Positions 1 through 9,705 are shown, counted from the stretch's first letter. The stretch: DNA of 64,000 nucleotides from Bacteroidales bacterium (GCA_028282585.1 JANQHR010000040.1:3715-67714), one strand, 5' to 3'. The notes: generated by a model from the sequence alone, not told the origin. Made by a program: numbers and translations.

Positions 1-2
1 CA

Positions 3-341
3 GGACTTTGGACACAACTAAGAGATATAAGCGATACTTCTGATGATGATTATGATGACGATTATTCAATAAGAGGAACTGAAAGGGTAGCATTTACTAT
101 TAATGGAAAGGGGTACTTAGCAACTGGTGGTGTTGGTGGAATAAGTAATGATGTATGGGAATATGATCCAATTACAGATTTATGGGAACAAAAAACTTAT
201 TTCGAAGGTTCATCAAGACTAGATGCAGTAGGGTTTGGAATTGGTGATCGCGGCTATGTAACAACCGGACAGAATAGTTCATACTATTTTGATGATTTAT
301 GGGGATTTGATCCAGATGATGAATATGATGAAAATGATTAA
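3..341 (+). CDS. Kelch/galactose-oxidase-like beta-propeller repeat protein, C-terminal fragment (5' end outside window)
   Basis: The frame is open from the window edge to TAA at 339-341. The translation ...GKGYLATGGVGGISNDVWEYDPITDLWEQK...GDRGYVTTGQNSSYYFDDLWGFDP shows Kelch-type blades and ends in an acidic D/E tail. Confidence 0.6.
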   Translation, partial: GLWTQLRDISDTSDDDYDDDYSIRGTERVAFTINGKGYLATGGVGGISNDVWEYDPITDLWEQKTYFEGSSRLDAVGFGIGDRGYVTTGQNSSYYFDDLWGFDPDDEYDEND

Positions 342-361
342 TAAAAAAGGCTTACGCATTG

Positions 362-398
362 CCCCCAAAAAGTTAGACACTATTTGGGGGTATTTTTA
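362..398 (+). terminator. Intrinsic terminator hairpin after the Kelch-like gene
   Basis: CCCCCAAA (362-369) pairs with TTTGGGGG (383-390) and is followed by TATTTTTA. It lies between convergent genes. Confidence 0.6.
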
Positions 399-405
399 TT
401 TAAAA

Positions 406-867
406 TTAACTGGATAATGAAATACTATTTAACTTTATGTCAAAAATAAGAACCGAATTTGCCGGTATTCCTTCTATGTCTTCAGATCCATAACCCAACC
501 CCGACGGTATCAATAACTTTCCTTGTCCACCAACTCCAAATAAAGGAATTCCTTCTTGCCAACCTTCAATAAGCTTCCATAAAGGATACTCTATAGTGCC
601 ATTATCAAATATTTCACCATTCAATAACTTCCCGGTATATTCTACCTCAACAACTGAATTAATTGTAGGTTTAATTCCAGTTCCTTCCTGTTCTAATATA
701 TAATGTAATCCTGATGCCGTTGATTGAGCTGTTAATCCATTTTCAGATAAGTAATCCTGAATTTTTTCAATATCAATTGCTAACTGCTCTTCATAAGTTG
801 TTTCGTCATCATTACATCCAAACATAATTGCAGTTAATACCGCAAATGGTAAAATTATTTTTTTCAT
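406..867 (-). CDS. FKBP-type peptidyl-prolyl cis-trans isomerase, lipoprotein
   Basis: Signal peptide with lipobox (LTAIMFGC). FKBP motifs VEVEYTGKLLNGEIFDNG and LLIPSGLGYGS...IPANSVLIFDIKL. Confidence 0.9.
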   Translation of the reverse strand: MKKIILPFAVLTAIMFGCNDDETTYEEQLAIDIEKIQDYLSENGLTAQSTASGLHYILEQEGTGIKPTINSVVEVEYTGKLLNGEIFDNGTIEYPLWKLIEGWQEGIPLFGVGGQGKLLIPSGLGYGSEDIEGIPANSVLIFDIKLNSISLSS

Positions 868-923
868 TTTATTGATTATCTTTTATAAGCTTCAAAAATA
901 GCAATTAAAATAAATCTACCATT

Positions 924-1376
924 TTATTTTGGCAACAAACCAAATATTTTCCAAATAGCTTTGTGAAATTTATGAATACTATTTACGGGTTCAGCAAACA
1001 TGAAAATACATTCTTTATCGATTAACTCGATATTATTCTCTTTTGCCAAATCCGCCGTCTCTTTTGTTCCCGATGTTTGTTGGACCCAGACATGTTTTAT
1101 ACCCTTTTCAGATGCTTGTTTAATAATTTCATTAGTAACATTTTTAGGAGTTACAATAAAAAGTTTTTCATAGTCTGAGGGAATATCAATTACAGATTTG
1201 TAACATTTTATTCCTTCTAACTCTTCTAAACTTGGATGAATTGGGCAAATATCATAACCTTTTTGACGTAGTTCATTAAAAATTGCATAACCAAATTTTT
1301 TCGTATTAGATGATACTCCTGCAATAGCAAGTTTTTTTGGAGTCAAAAACTCCGTTATACTTTGTTTTTTACTCAT
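924..1376 (-). CDS. CoA-binding domain protein (YccU/YneT-like)
   Basis: 150 aa. The LAIAGVSSNTKKFGY...GYDICPIHP pattern is typical of small CoA-binding Rossmann proteins. Confidence 0.75.
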   Translation of the reverse strand: MSKKQSITEFLTPKKLAIAGVSSNTKKFGYAIFNELRQKGYDICPIHPSLEELEGIKCYKSVIDIPSDYEKLFIVTPKNVTNEIIKQASEKGIKHVWVQQTSGTKETADLAKENNIELIDKECIFMFAEPVNSIHKFHKAIWKIFGLLPK

Positions 1377-1458
1377 AATAATTTCATTTTATATATAAAT
1401 TTCTGAAAATTAAACCAATAAAACTAATAACCATTAAACTTAAGTAAATCTTTATGAA

Positions 1459-2100
1459 CTAATCTTCGAATTCTCCAAATTCTTTTAAACACTGCTTAAG
1501 TTCATCCAAATGTTGTTTGTACATTCTTTTTGTCATAAATTGAGAAAAAGGAATAAAAATTACACTTAAAACAACCAAAATTATTACAATTTTTATTATC
1601 CCGTTTTCAAGAATTTCCATTACAGCATTTATTCCTTCCTCGCCTACACCAACAAAAATACCAATAAACATTCCAAAACAAATTGCAAAAGGTAACAATA
1701 AATATTTACTAAATGTACTGGTATTAAAGCTTACATATCTCTCAATATCTTTAATAGTTTTTACCAGTGCTGGTTTTAACTGATCTGAAGAAATAACTGT
1801 TTTACGGACTTTGTTATAGTTTCTCCATGTAAAAGAAATAAGTGTTCCAAAAAACAGAAACGTAAACAAAGAAAGTGATATTTTATATTCATCCGATATA
1901 TAAATTAACATCCAGATTATAAAACAAATAGACATTCCGATTCCAACAATAAGCTCTAGTTTATAATTTCGCTTAACTTTCCCCAAGGCAATATTTGATT
2001 TGCTTTTAATCTTAAGTTTTGCTTCAATTTCTTCTTTATTCAAAAGCTCATCATCCTTAAAGGAATTTTTCCATGTTTTTTTTATTTCATCAAAGTCCAT
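1459..2100 (-). CDS. Membrane protein, possible anti-sigma partner of the upstream ECF sigma
   Basis: Overlaps the sigma gene stop. Several hydrophobic helices and no recognisable catalytic motif. The ATG at 2100 is preferred over the TTG at 2106 used by the ORF track. Confidence 0.45.
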   Translation of the reverse strand: MDFDEIKKTWKNSFKDDELLNKEEIEAKLKIKSKSNIALGKVKRNYKLELIVGIGMSICFIIWMLIYISDEYKISLSLFTFLFFGTLISFTWRNYNKVRKTVISSDQLKPALVKTIKDIERYVSFNTSTFSKYLLLPFAICFGMFIGIFVGVGEEGINAVMEILENGIIKIVIILVVLSVIFIPFSQFMTKRMYKQHLDELKQCLKEFGEFED

Positions 2101-2605
2101 ATTCAAGTTCCTTTAAAATTTTTTGTAATTTGGTTTTAATACGGTTAATTTTTACTCCAACATTTGAAATTGTTAAACCAGATATCTCAGAAATTTCTTC
2201 ATAAGAGTAATCATCCATATATAAAATTATGATGGCTTTTTCCGCTTTACTTAGCCTATTAATTGCTTTATTTACCAAACTTATCCTTTCCTCCTTTTCT
2301 GTATAACTATCATCTTCAGGAACATTTATAGGAAAATCTGGCATTGGGTCTTCATTGTTTTTCTTGGTTTTTCTGAATTGAGCTATGGCTGTATTTAATG
2401 CAACTCGATACATCCAGGTGGAAAATTTGGATTTCTGGTTGAAAGATGGATATGACTGCCATAACTGAACCAGAATATCCTGAAAAAGATCCTCTCTGCA
2501 CGTTTCCTCATCGCAATACATTCTGGAAACTTTGTAAATAATTCCCTGATGCTTTTCAACAAGAGATAAGAATTCTTCTTTTAAATTACTATTACTCAAA
2601 ATCAA
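2090..2605 (-). CDS. RNA polymerase ECF-type sigma-70 factor
   Basis: Region 2 (DLFQDILVQLWQSY..FSTWMYRVALNTAI) and region 4 HTH (YSYEEISEISGLTISNVGVKINRIK). The start is a non-ATG codon (TTG) and is uncertain. Confidence 0.85.
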   Translation of the reverse strand: MILSNSNLKEEFLSLVEKHQGIIYKVSRMYCDEETCREDLFQDILVQLWQSYPSFNQKSKFSTWMYRVALNTAIAQFRKTKKNNEDPMPDFPINVPEDDSYTEKEERISLVNKAINRLSKAEKAIIILYMDDYSYEEISEISGLTISNVGVKINRIKTKLQKILKELEYGL

Positions 2606-2714
2606 GCGACTTTTGTAATTAGGTTAGTAGAAAATAATTTCCAATTATTACATTTTAATTTTTTTATTAGATAATTCAATATTTGTTAAAAATATTAATA
2701 AAAACCTATTTCTA

Positions 2715-2722
2715 TATCTTTG
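2715..2722 (+). promoter_or_regulatory. Bacteroidota-type -7 box (TATCTTTG)
   Basis: Matches TAnnTTTG, 20 nt upstream of the ATG at 2742. Confidence 0.4.
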
Positions 2723-2741
2723 TATTTCACAATTTGAAAAT

Positions 2742-5700
2742 ATGAAAGATAAAGATCAATATATTGTTGTTAATAAAGCCAACGAACACAATCTAAAAAA
2801 TGTCAGTTTAAAGATACCTCATCATCAAATAACTTGTTTTACAGGAATATCAGGGTCTGGTAAATCATCGTTAGTTTATGATATAATTTGTAAAGAAAGC
2901 CAAAGAAGGTACTTTGAATCATTTTCTTCATATGCGCGCCAATTTCTTGGTAAATTATCGAAACCCGATGTTGAGCATATTGACGGACTTATGCCTGCAA
3001 TTTCTGTAGATCAAAAAACAGTTAACAGGAACCCAAGGTCAACTGTTGGAACCATAAGCGAATTATATGATTATTTAAGATTACTTTTTGCAAGGTTTGG
3101 ACAAAGATCAGAAGAATTCTCAAATATAAAAATATCGCGCAGCTTATTTTCATTCAATAGTCCCGAAGGAGCTTGCCCTCATTGCAAAGGATTAGGCGTA
3201 GAAGATCAAATTGATCCCAAATTATTGATTAAAGATGAAACCAAAACATTACGCGAAGGTGCTTTAAAAATTACTACACCATCAGGTTACACTATATACT
3301 CACAAGTAACAATTGATGTATTAAATCAGGTTTGCCAATCAGAGGGTTTTCATGTTGATATTCCATGGAAAGATTTAACTCCAGAACAAAAAAATATTAT
3401 ACTAAATGGAAGTAATAAAATAAAAATCCCATATGGTAAGCACACGCTTGAATCGAGAATGAAATGGAGTGGAATTACTGCTAAACCAAGAGAAGAAGGA
3501 TATTATAAAGGAATTATTTCCGTAATGGAAAATATTCTTAGGGTTGATCGTAATCCGAATATTCTTCGATTCGCTAAGACTGTTAAATGTAGTCATTGCA
3601 ATGGTAAAAGGTTGAATAATAAGGCTCAGTCAATAACAATATCCGAAAAAAATATTGTTGATTATTCTGAATTATCCATTATTCAACTTAAAGATACTTT
3701 TAAGAAATTAAAGGAAGATCAAGATTCTGTTTCTAAACCAATTATTGAAAAGATCGTTGATAGGTGCAATATTCTGGAGAATCTTGGACTTGGATATTTG
3801 AACCTAATGAGAGAATCAACAACACTTTCCGGAGGAGAAGCACAAAGAATCAGGTTAGCAACACAAGTAGGTAATGGATTAAGGGGGATACTTTATATTT
3901 TAGATGAACCTTCCATTGGGCTGCATCCCAGAGATAATAAGAGAATGATTAGTATTATGCAGGAACTAAGAAATCAAGGGAATACGGTATTAGTTGTTGA
4001 GCATGATAAGGAAACAATGTTAAGTTCAGATAAAATAGTTGATATCGGGCCTTTAGCGGGAAAAAACGGAGGAAAAATTCTTTTAAATGAGAATACTTCT
4101 GAAATATCTAATCTTAATTATAAAGAGAGTGAAACAGTTAAACATTTATTAAAAGAATCTGCTCCACCAAATTCTAAAAGAAATATTGGAGATAAATGGC
4201 TTTATATCAAAGGAGCTAAATTACATAACTTAAAAAACATTAATCCTAAATTTCGTTTACATGCGTTAAATGTTGTAACCGGGGTTTCTGGTGCGGGAAA
4301 ATCAACTTTAGTATTTGATGTTCTTAGTAAGTATTTCGAAAATAAATCAGATCAACTAATTGTTGATGATATCATTACGGATTCCAACATTCATAAAATA
4401 ATTGAAATTAATCAAACTCCAATTGGTAAAACACCAAGAAGTAATGCAGCTACCTATACCAAGTTATTCGATCAGATAAGAAAGCTATTTGCTAACGTTC
4501 CCGAAGCGAAAGAAAGAAAATGGAATCAAAGTCACTTTTCATTCAATACAAAAGGCGGAAGGTGTGAAGCTTGCGAAGGAGCTGGAGTTACGCAAACAGG
4601 TATGCATTTTTTAGCTAATGTTGAAACAGTGTGTGAAACTTGTGAGGGGAAAAGATATAATGAGGAAACACTTAACGTACAGTATAAGGGTAAAAATATT
4701 TCTGAAATTTTAGAAATGGAGATTTCGGATGCTTGCGACTTTTTTAAAGATCATCCTAAGATTTTTCATTACCTGGATATTATGAGAAATCTGGGGCTGG
4801 GATATTTATCATTAGGTCAGTCAGCTACTACCCTTTCCGGTGGCGAAGCTCAAAGATTAAAACTAGCTGCAGAACTTGTAAAACCAACAAAAGATCATAC
4901 CTTATATCTTTTTGATGAACCAACCACCGGTCTTCATTTGTACGATGTTTCTATTTTGATAGAAGCTTTACGAAATCTAATTAAAAAAGGTCATACTGTA
5001 ATTGTAATTGAGCATGATTTTGGAATCATCCGAAATGCCGATTTTATTGTTGATCTGGGTCCGGAAGGAGGAGAAGAAGGAGGAAAGGTAGTTTTTTCTG
5101 GCTGTTATTTAGATCTTATCAACCATTCGGATTCTTATACAGCTCAAGCCCTAAATAAACAACTTACAAGTAATCCAAGTAATCCTAAAATCGATATAAA
5201 TAAAATAATCAATGCTCCAATCAATTTAAAAGGAATTAATACGCATAATTTGAAAAATCTTGATATTGAAATTCCAAGAAATAAATTAACAGTTTTAACC
5301 GGAGTTAGTGGGAGTGGAAAATCATCACTTGCCTTTGATACATTATTTGCAGAAGGACAACATAGGTTTACTGAAAGTTTTTCAACTTATACAAGAAGTT
5401 TAATTCAACAAAAATCAAAACCAGATCTTGTGGAAAGCAATGGATTAACACCGACCATTGCCATTGATAATAAATCTGTTTCAAAAAGTCCTCGAGGAAC
5501 AGTTGGAACCATTTCCGGTTTATACGATTTATACAGGCTTTTATTTTCAAGAATTTCAAAATACGAAAACGGGCATCTTTGTAATGTCTTATCAAACCAC
5601 TTTTCTTTCAATCACCAGGCTGGTGCTTGTCCGGAATGTGATGGTCTGGGATATCAACTTACTTGTGACCCCGAAAAGCTAATAACTAATCCGGAATTAT

Positions 5701-7562
5701 CAATTATTGCAGAAGCAATGAAAGGTACCAAAACTGGTAAATTTTATGGAGATATTCATGGTCAATATGTTGCTACTTTAAAAGAGGTTGGAAGAAAACT
5801 AAATATTGATTTTTCCGTTGCCTGGAATGATTTGAATGAGAAAGCCAAAGAAATAATACTATTGGGTACAGGTGAAACAAAATATGAAGTTAAATGGAAC
5901 TTTAAAAGAAAAAATAGAGAAGGATCACACGAGTTTAAAGGTAAATGGCCGGGATTAATACATTACGTTGATGATGAATACATCAGAAAACATGATAAAC
6001 AAGGTGGAGATAAAATCACATCTTTAATGAAACAAATTAAATGTAAACACTGCAAAGGAACAAGATTAAATAATGAAGCATTAAAATATAAAATTGATGA
6101 TAAAAATATCGCAGAGCTATCCAACCTGGAGATAATTAAGGCAATCAATTATTTTAAAACATTAAAGAGCAAACTTTCTAAAAAAGAATTTCAAATAGCT
6201 GATCAAATTATTCTTGCTTGTTTATACAAGTTAAATGCACTTAACAAAATCGGATTAGGTTATTTAAGCACAAGCAGGTCAACATTAACGCTTTCCGGTG
6301 GTGAAGGAAGGCGTTTAAGATTAGTCTCACAACTTGGAGGAGAATTGGTTGGAATAACATACGTTTTAGATGAACCGACTATTGGATTGCATTCAAGCGA
6401 CACTAAAAATCTTATCGATATAATAAAACAGCTTTCAGCGAAAAATACAGTTGTGGTAGTTGAACATGACGAAGAAATAATTAGATCCGCGGATCATATT
6501 ATAGAATTAGGTCCGGGCGCAGGAAACGAAGGTGGTAAGATTATCGCCAAAGGCGATATTAAAAAATTTATCCAAAATAATAATTCTCTTACATCAAGGT
6601 ATTTACAAAAAAAATTCAAATTAGATATTAGTAAATCAAAAATAGATTTGAATTTTGGGATCAATATTAAATCTGCATTTGCAAATAATTTAAAGAACAT
6701 TAGTATTCAGTTACCAATCAATGGAATTATAGTTTTCTCCGGTGTTTCGGGAAGTGGAAAATCCAGTTTATTATTTAATGTAATTGCAGAATCAGCTAAG
6801 CTAAAAAAGCCTGTTAATTGTGAAGAAGTTAACGGATTAGATCAGTTTAGCTCGATCATTAAAATGGACCAAACACCAATTGGTAAAAATCCGCTAAGTA
6901 CACCATTAACTTTTCTGGATTTATATGATACTATTCGAGATCTATTTGCCAATACCGAATTAGCATCAAAAAATAAATATAAGAAATCTTTTTTCTCTTA
7001 TAATGTTAAAGGAGGCAGATGTGAGGCCTGCAAGGGCCAAGGACAAATTAAAGTATCCATGGATTTTCTTTCAGATGTTTGGGTAACATGTAATGATTGT
7101 AACGGAACTCGTTTTAAGAATGATATTCTGGAAATTAAATGGAACAAGCATTCTATTTATGAAGTATTGGAATTAAAGATCAATCAGGCTTTACAAATTT
7201 TTGAATCAATTGAAAAATTAAGATTCGCTTTTAACTTACTTTGCAATTTAGGATTAGGGCATTTGAAACTTGGACAGGCAGCAAATACTTTGTCAGGTGG
7301 TGAGTCCCAGAGAATAAAACTGGCTAAAGAATTACTTAAGCAGTCGAAAGAAAAATGCCTTTATTTATTAGATGAACCTACTACCGGCTTACACTTTTAT
7401 GATATCGAAAAACTTTTGAAAGTAATATTTCACTTGCGGGATCAAGGTCATGCATTGTATATAATAGAGCACCATCCATGGTTAACTGAAGTTGCTGATT
7501 ACGAAATTGAACTTGGTCCTGAAGGTGGTGATAAAGGTGGATATTTAATGAACTCTCAATAG
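2742..7562 (+). CDS. Tandem-duplicated UvrA-like excinuclease ABC subunit A paralogue (four ABC ATPase modules)
   Basis: Four Walker A motifs (GISGSGKSS, GVSGAGKST, GVSGSGKSS, GVSGSGKSS). Four LSGGE signatures and four DEP(S/T)xGLH motifs. CxxC zinc modules recur in both halves. Confidence 0.9.
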   Translation: MKDKDQYIVVNKANEHNLKNVSLKIPHHQITCFTGISGSGKSSLVYDIICKESQRRYFESFSSYARQFLGKLSKPDVEHIDGLMPAISVDQKTVNRNPRSTVGTISELYDYLRLLFARFGQRSEEFSNIKISRSLFSFNSPEGACPHCKGLGVEDQIDPKLLIKDETKTLREGALKITTPSGYTIYSQVTIDVLNQVCQSEGFHVDIPWKDLTPEQKNIILNGSNKIKIPYGKHTLESRMKWSGITAKPREEGYYKGIISVMENILRVDRNPNILRFAKTVKCSHCNGKRLNNKAQSITISEKNIVDYSELSIIQLKDTFKKLKEDQDSVSKPIIEKIVDRCNILENLGLGYLNLMRESTTLSGGEAQRIRLATQVGNGLRGILYILDEPSIGLHPRDNKRMISIMQELRNQGNTVLVVEHDKETMLSSDKIVDIGPLAGKNGGKILLNENTSEISNLNYKESETVKHLLKESAPPNSKRNIGDKWLYIKGAKLHNLKNINPKFRLHALNVVTGVSGAGKSTLVFDVLSKYFENKSDQLIVDDIITDSNIHKIIEINQTPIGKTPRSNAATYTKLFDQIRKLFANVPEAKERKWNQSHFSFNTKGGRCEACEGAGVTQTGMHFLANVETVCETCEGKRYNEETLNVQYKGKNISEILEMEISDACDFFKDHPKIFHYLDIMRNLGLGYLSLGQSATTLSGGEAQRLKLAAELVKPTKDHTLYLFDEPTTGLHLYDVSILIEALRNLIKKGHTVIVIEHDFGIIRNADFIVDLGPEGGEEGGKVVFSGCYLDLINHSDSYTAQALNKQLTSNPSNPKIDINKIINAPINLKGINTHNLKNLDIEIPRNKLTVLTGVSGSGKSSLAFDTLFAEGQHRFTESFSTYTRSLIQQKSKPDLVESNGLTPTIAIDNKSVSKSPRGTVGTISGLYDLYRLLFSRISKYENGHLCNVLSNHFSFNHQAGACPECDGLGYQLTCDPEKLITNPELSIIAEAMKGTKTGKFYGDIHGQYVATLKEVGRKLNIDFSVAWNDLNEKAKEIILLGTGETKYEVKWNFKRKNREGSHEFKGKWPGLIHYVDDEYIRKHDKQGGDKITSLMKQIKCKHCKGTRLNNEALKYKIDDKNIAELSNLEIIKAINYFKTLKSKLSKKEFQIADQIILACLYKLNALNKIGLGYLSTSRSTLTLSGGEGRRLRLVSQLGGELVGITYVLDEPTIGLHSSDTKNLIDIIKQLSAKNTVVVVEHDEEIIRSADHIIELGPGAGNEGGKIIAKGDIKKFIQNNNSLTSRYLQKKFKLDISKSKIDLNFGINIKSAFANNLKNISIQLPINGIIVFSGVSGSGKSSLLFNVIAESAKLKKPVNCEEVNGLDQFSSIIKMDQTPIGKNPLSTPLTFLDLYDTIRDLFANTELASKNKYKKSFFSYNVKGGRCEACKGQGQIKVSMDFLSDVWVTCNDCNGTRFKNDILEIKWNKHSIYEVLELKINQALQIFESIEKLRFAFNLLCNLGLGHLKLGQAANTLSGGESQRIKLAKELLKQSKEKCLYLLDEPTTGLHFYDIEKLLKVIFHLRDQGHALYIIEHHPWLTEVADYEIELGPEGGDKGGYLMNSQ

Positions 7563-7874
7563 TTATTTTCTAGCATAAAACACTTTGCCAACTTGCTTGA
7601 TATGGTTAATTAAATCAGAATTATCAATGTGCTTATAGAGGGAAAGATCAAAAGTGTAAGGTAACAAAAGGTCATCTAATTCCCAATCAATCTTGTTTAA
7701 AATAGCTAGATTTAGTTCATCTCCTTTTACTGTTAGGTCAATATCTGAGCCATTTTTATAATTCCCCATTGCCCTAGAACCATATAAAATTACCTCTTGA
7801 ACCTGGGGGTAATTTAAAAAGACTCCTTTTATTTGATTTATAACACTTATTTTTAAACCAAAAATATTTTCCAT
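7563..7874 (-). CDS. mntA: MntA-like minimal nucleotidyltransferase (antitoxin of HEPN/MNT pair)
   Basis: 103 aa with the Pol-beta-type motif GSRAMGNYKNGSDIDL. Its ATG lies immediately after the stop of the HEPN gene. Confidence 0.85.
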   Translation of the reverse strand: MENIFGLKISVINQIKGVFLNYPQVQEVILYGSRAMGNYKNGSDIDLTVKGDELNLAILNKIDWELDDLLLPYTFDLSLYKHIDNSDLINHIKQVGKVFYARK

Positions 7875-8273
7875 TTATAAAAGTGAATTCATTTTACTTT
7901 CAAAAGCAAGAAAAAGCTTATAATATAATTGAAAAACAGCATTTACTACTTCTTCTGCAGTATCTTGATTATAGGTATGTGAAGTTTTAACTCTGTCCTT
8001 ATACATATTCATCCAACCTTCTCCATCTTCTATTAAATTTAATTGAAATGCCTTCCTTATTGAGTCTCGCGATCCAAAAATATTTGTTTGCCCTTTGAAT
8101 TCCAAAAAGTCTTTCATAACAGTCTAACCAAGTTCATAAACATATTCAAAGGACTGAATCAGTCCTTGCATTTCTAACTCAGACAATTCTCTTTTAACGA
8201 TAAACTTCTTGAGTTGTGCTAAGACTTTTTTATAATTGTTAAACCTTTGTTTCCAACGAATATCTTCTTCCAA
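7875..8273 (-). pseudogene. hepT: HepT-like HEPN protein (HI0074-family nucleotidyltransferase substrate-binding protein) interrupted by an in-frame TAG
   Basis: My own reverse translation gives a continuous frame from TTG 8273: EEDIRWKQRFNNYKK...SFEYVYELG*TVMKDFLEFKG...DRVKTSHTY (Rx4H). The TAG at 8124-8126 falls where the family has a conserved Trp. Confidence 0.75.
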
Positions 8274-8336
8274 CGTAATTTAATTTGGTGATTTGATTTC
8301 TAAAAGTACAAAATAATTGGATTTTTTTAAAAGGAA

Positions 8337-8711
8337 TTAAGTTTGTCCCTTCTCTTTGAAATATGTCCTGATAAGTACTTTTTTTAATTCTCGTTCCAGT
8401 ATTTTATGAGTAATAATTTCCGGAACCGTTTCAAACCGTAAATTTGGATCATTTTTCGATAACTCTTTTTCACTGAGATCAATTTGATAAAGCAGAGACA
8501 TCAACTTCTCCGAATCTGCACTTAACAAGTCTTCGATATAAACTCTTAGTTGATTAAAAAGTTCTTCGTATGCAAAATTCACGTTACCTGAAAAGTTCAC
8601 TTCCATTCCAAACATTGCAAAGTCTTTTCTTACCTGCTCTGCTGTTAGCAAAACGAATTTTTCTTCTTTCTTCGATCTTTCTATTTCACTCTGACTAACG
8701 AGCTGACTCAT
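8337..8711 (-). CDS. Hypothetical protein (last gene of lytic transglycosylase/DUF4837 operon)
   Basis: 124-aa ORF overlapping the upstream gene by 17 nt. No recognisable motif. Confidence 0.55.
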   Translation of the reverse strand: MSQLVSQSEIERSKKEEKFVLLTAEQVRKDFAMFGMEVNFSGNVNFAYEELFNQLRVYIEDLLSADSEKLMSLLYQIDLSEKELSKNDPNLRFETVPEIITHKILERELKKVLIRTYFKEKGQT

Positions 8712-9693
8712 TTGGTATAATAACTGAGTTTAAAATAGCCTCAAGCTGACGCAAGTAATCACGTTTATCGAATCGCGGAGCATAAACAAAGCCATCGATA
8801 TTAATTACTTTATTTTGTTTTTCGTCTATAAAAGAAAAACTGATAAATGGACCTCCCATAAAATCATTTTCTACACGCCATAAATTTCTTAGTTCAATAA
8901 CTTTTATATCATTAACCGATATTTCACGTCTGTAAGGAATTGTCTCTGATTCAACAGCCATATAAGATCCCTGCGTTGGTCCGGGAACATACCTTTTTGT
9001 AAACTGGTTTCGTTTCGCAAATAAATAATCAGTTGTAAGATCTACTTCCGGTTTATCATATGCATATACTAAAATACCTTGAACAACATCACCTCTGCCT
9101 CTACTTTCAATCCACACAAAATCCGTTGTATCCACATCTACTGTATAACCTTTAGGAATAGTTAAACGAATACCAAACTTCTTTTCCAATTGATTAGCAA
9201 TTACCTTTTCTTCGTATTTTTTGTAGTTCTCAGCATATCGTTCCATTTCTTTTTTCATGATTCGATCAATTAATATATCACCCTTCTCAGCCACAACTGC
9301 TGCCAAACTGCTATCATCAGGAGCAATAACATTAACTATTAACTGTGGATCGGACCAACGATCTTCCTGTATTACCATTTTAGGTTCGGAAATATCTTTA
9401 TCTACTCTAGCAAAAACTAAATTTCGGTGCGTTTTAAATATATTAGAAAAAGCATCATAAGGAATATGAACCAGATCAAACATTGGTTCTGGTTGAGGTA
9501 AAGCTGGGTAAGCTTTATTAAATTTGTTTTTAAACTCTTTTCCAACATTAGAACTCCAATGACCAGGAGCAATAACCAAAACTACTTCGCCAGACTTACC
9601 GGTAACATTTGGAAGTAACTTTTTCTGGTCTTTATCTTTACAAGACGCTAAAAAAACCAGTGCTACTAAAATTACAGGAATATATTTTCTCAT
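8695..9693 (-). CDS. DUF4837-like lipoprotein
   Basis: Lipobox (LVFLASC). The size and N-terminal pattern (NVTGKSGEVVLVIAPGHW) fit my memory of DUF4837. Confidence 0.65.
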   Translation of the reverse strand: MRKYIPVILVALVFLASCKDKDQKKLLPNVTGKSGEVVLVIAPGHWSSNVGKEFKNKFNKAYPALPQPEPMFDLVHIPYDAFSNIFKTHRNLVFARVDKDISEPKMVIQEDRWSDPQLIVNVIAPDDSSLAAVVAEKGDILIDRIMKKEMERYAENYKKYEEKVIANQLEKKFGIRLTIPKGYTVDVDTTDFVWIESRGRGDVVQGILVYAYDKPEVDLTTDYLFAKRNQFTKRYVPGPTQGSYMAVESETIPYRREISVNDIKVIELRNLWRVENDFMGGPFISFSFIDEKQNKVINIDGFVYAPRFDKRDYLRQLEAILNSVIIPNESAR

Positions 9694-9705
9694 TATAAAA
9701 TAGAT

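Noticed and set aside
3402-6700. Several 61-75-aa ORFs on both strands within the UvrA-like gene.
   Set aside because: All are embedded in a 4.8-kb ORF with continuous UvrA motifs and have no independent evidence.
8124-8126. In-frame TAG in the HEPN gene considered as programmed recoding (pyrrolysine or read-through).
   Set aside because: Nothing in the window or in this lineage's known biology supports Pyl decoding. The codon replaces a conserved Trp by a single G-to-A change, so a nonsense mutation is the simplest explanation.
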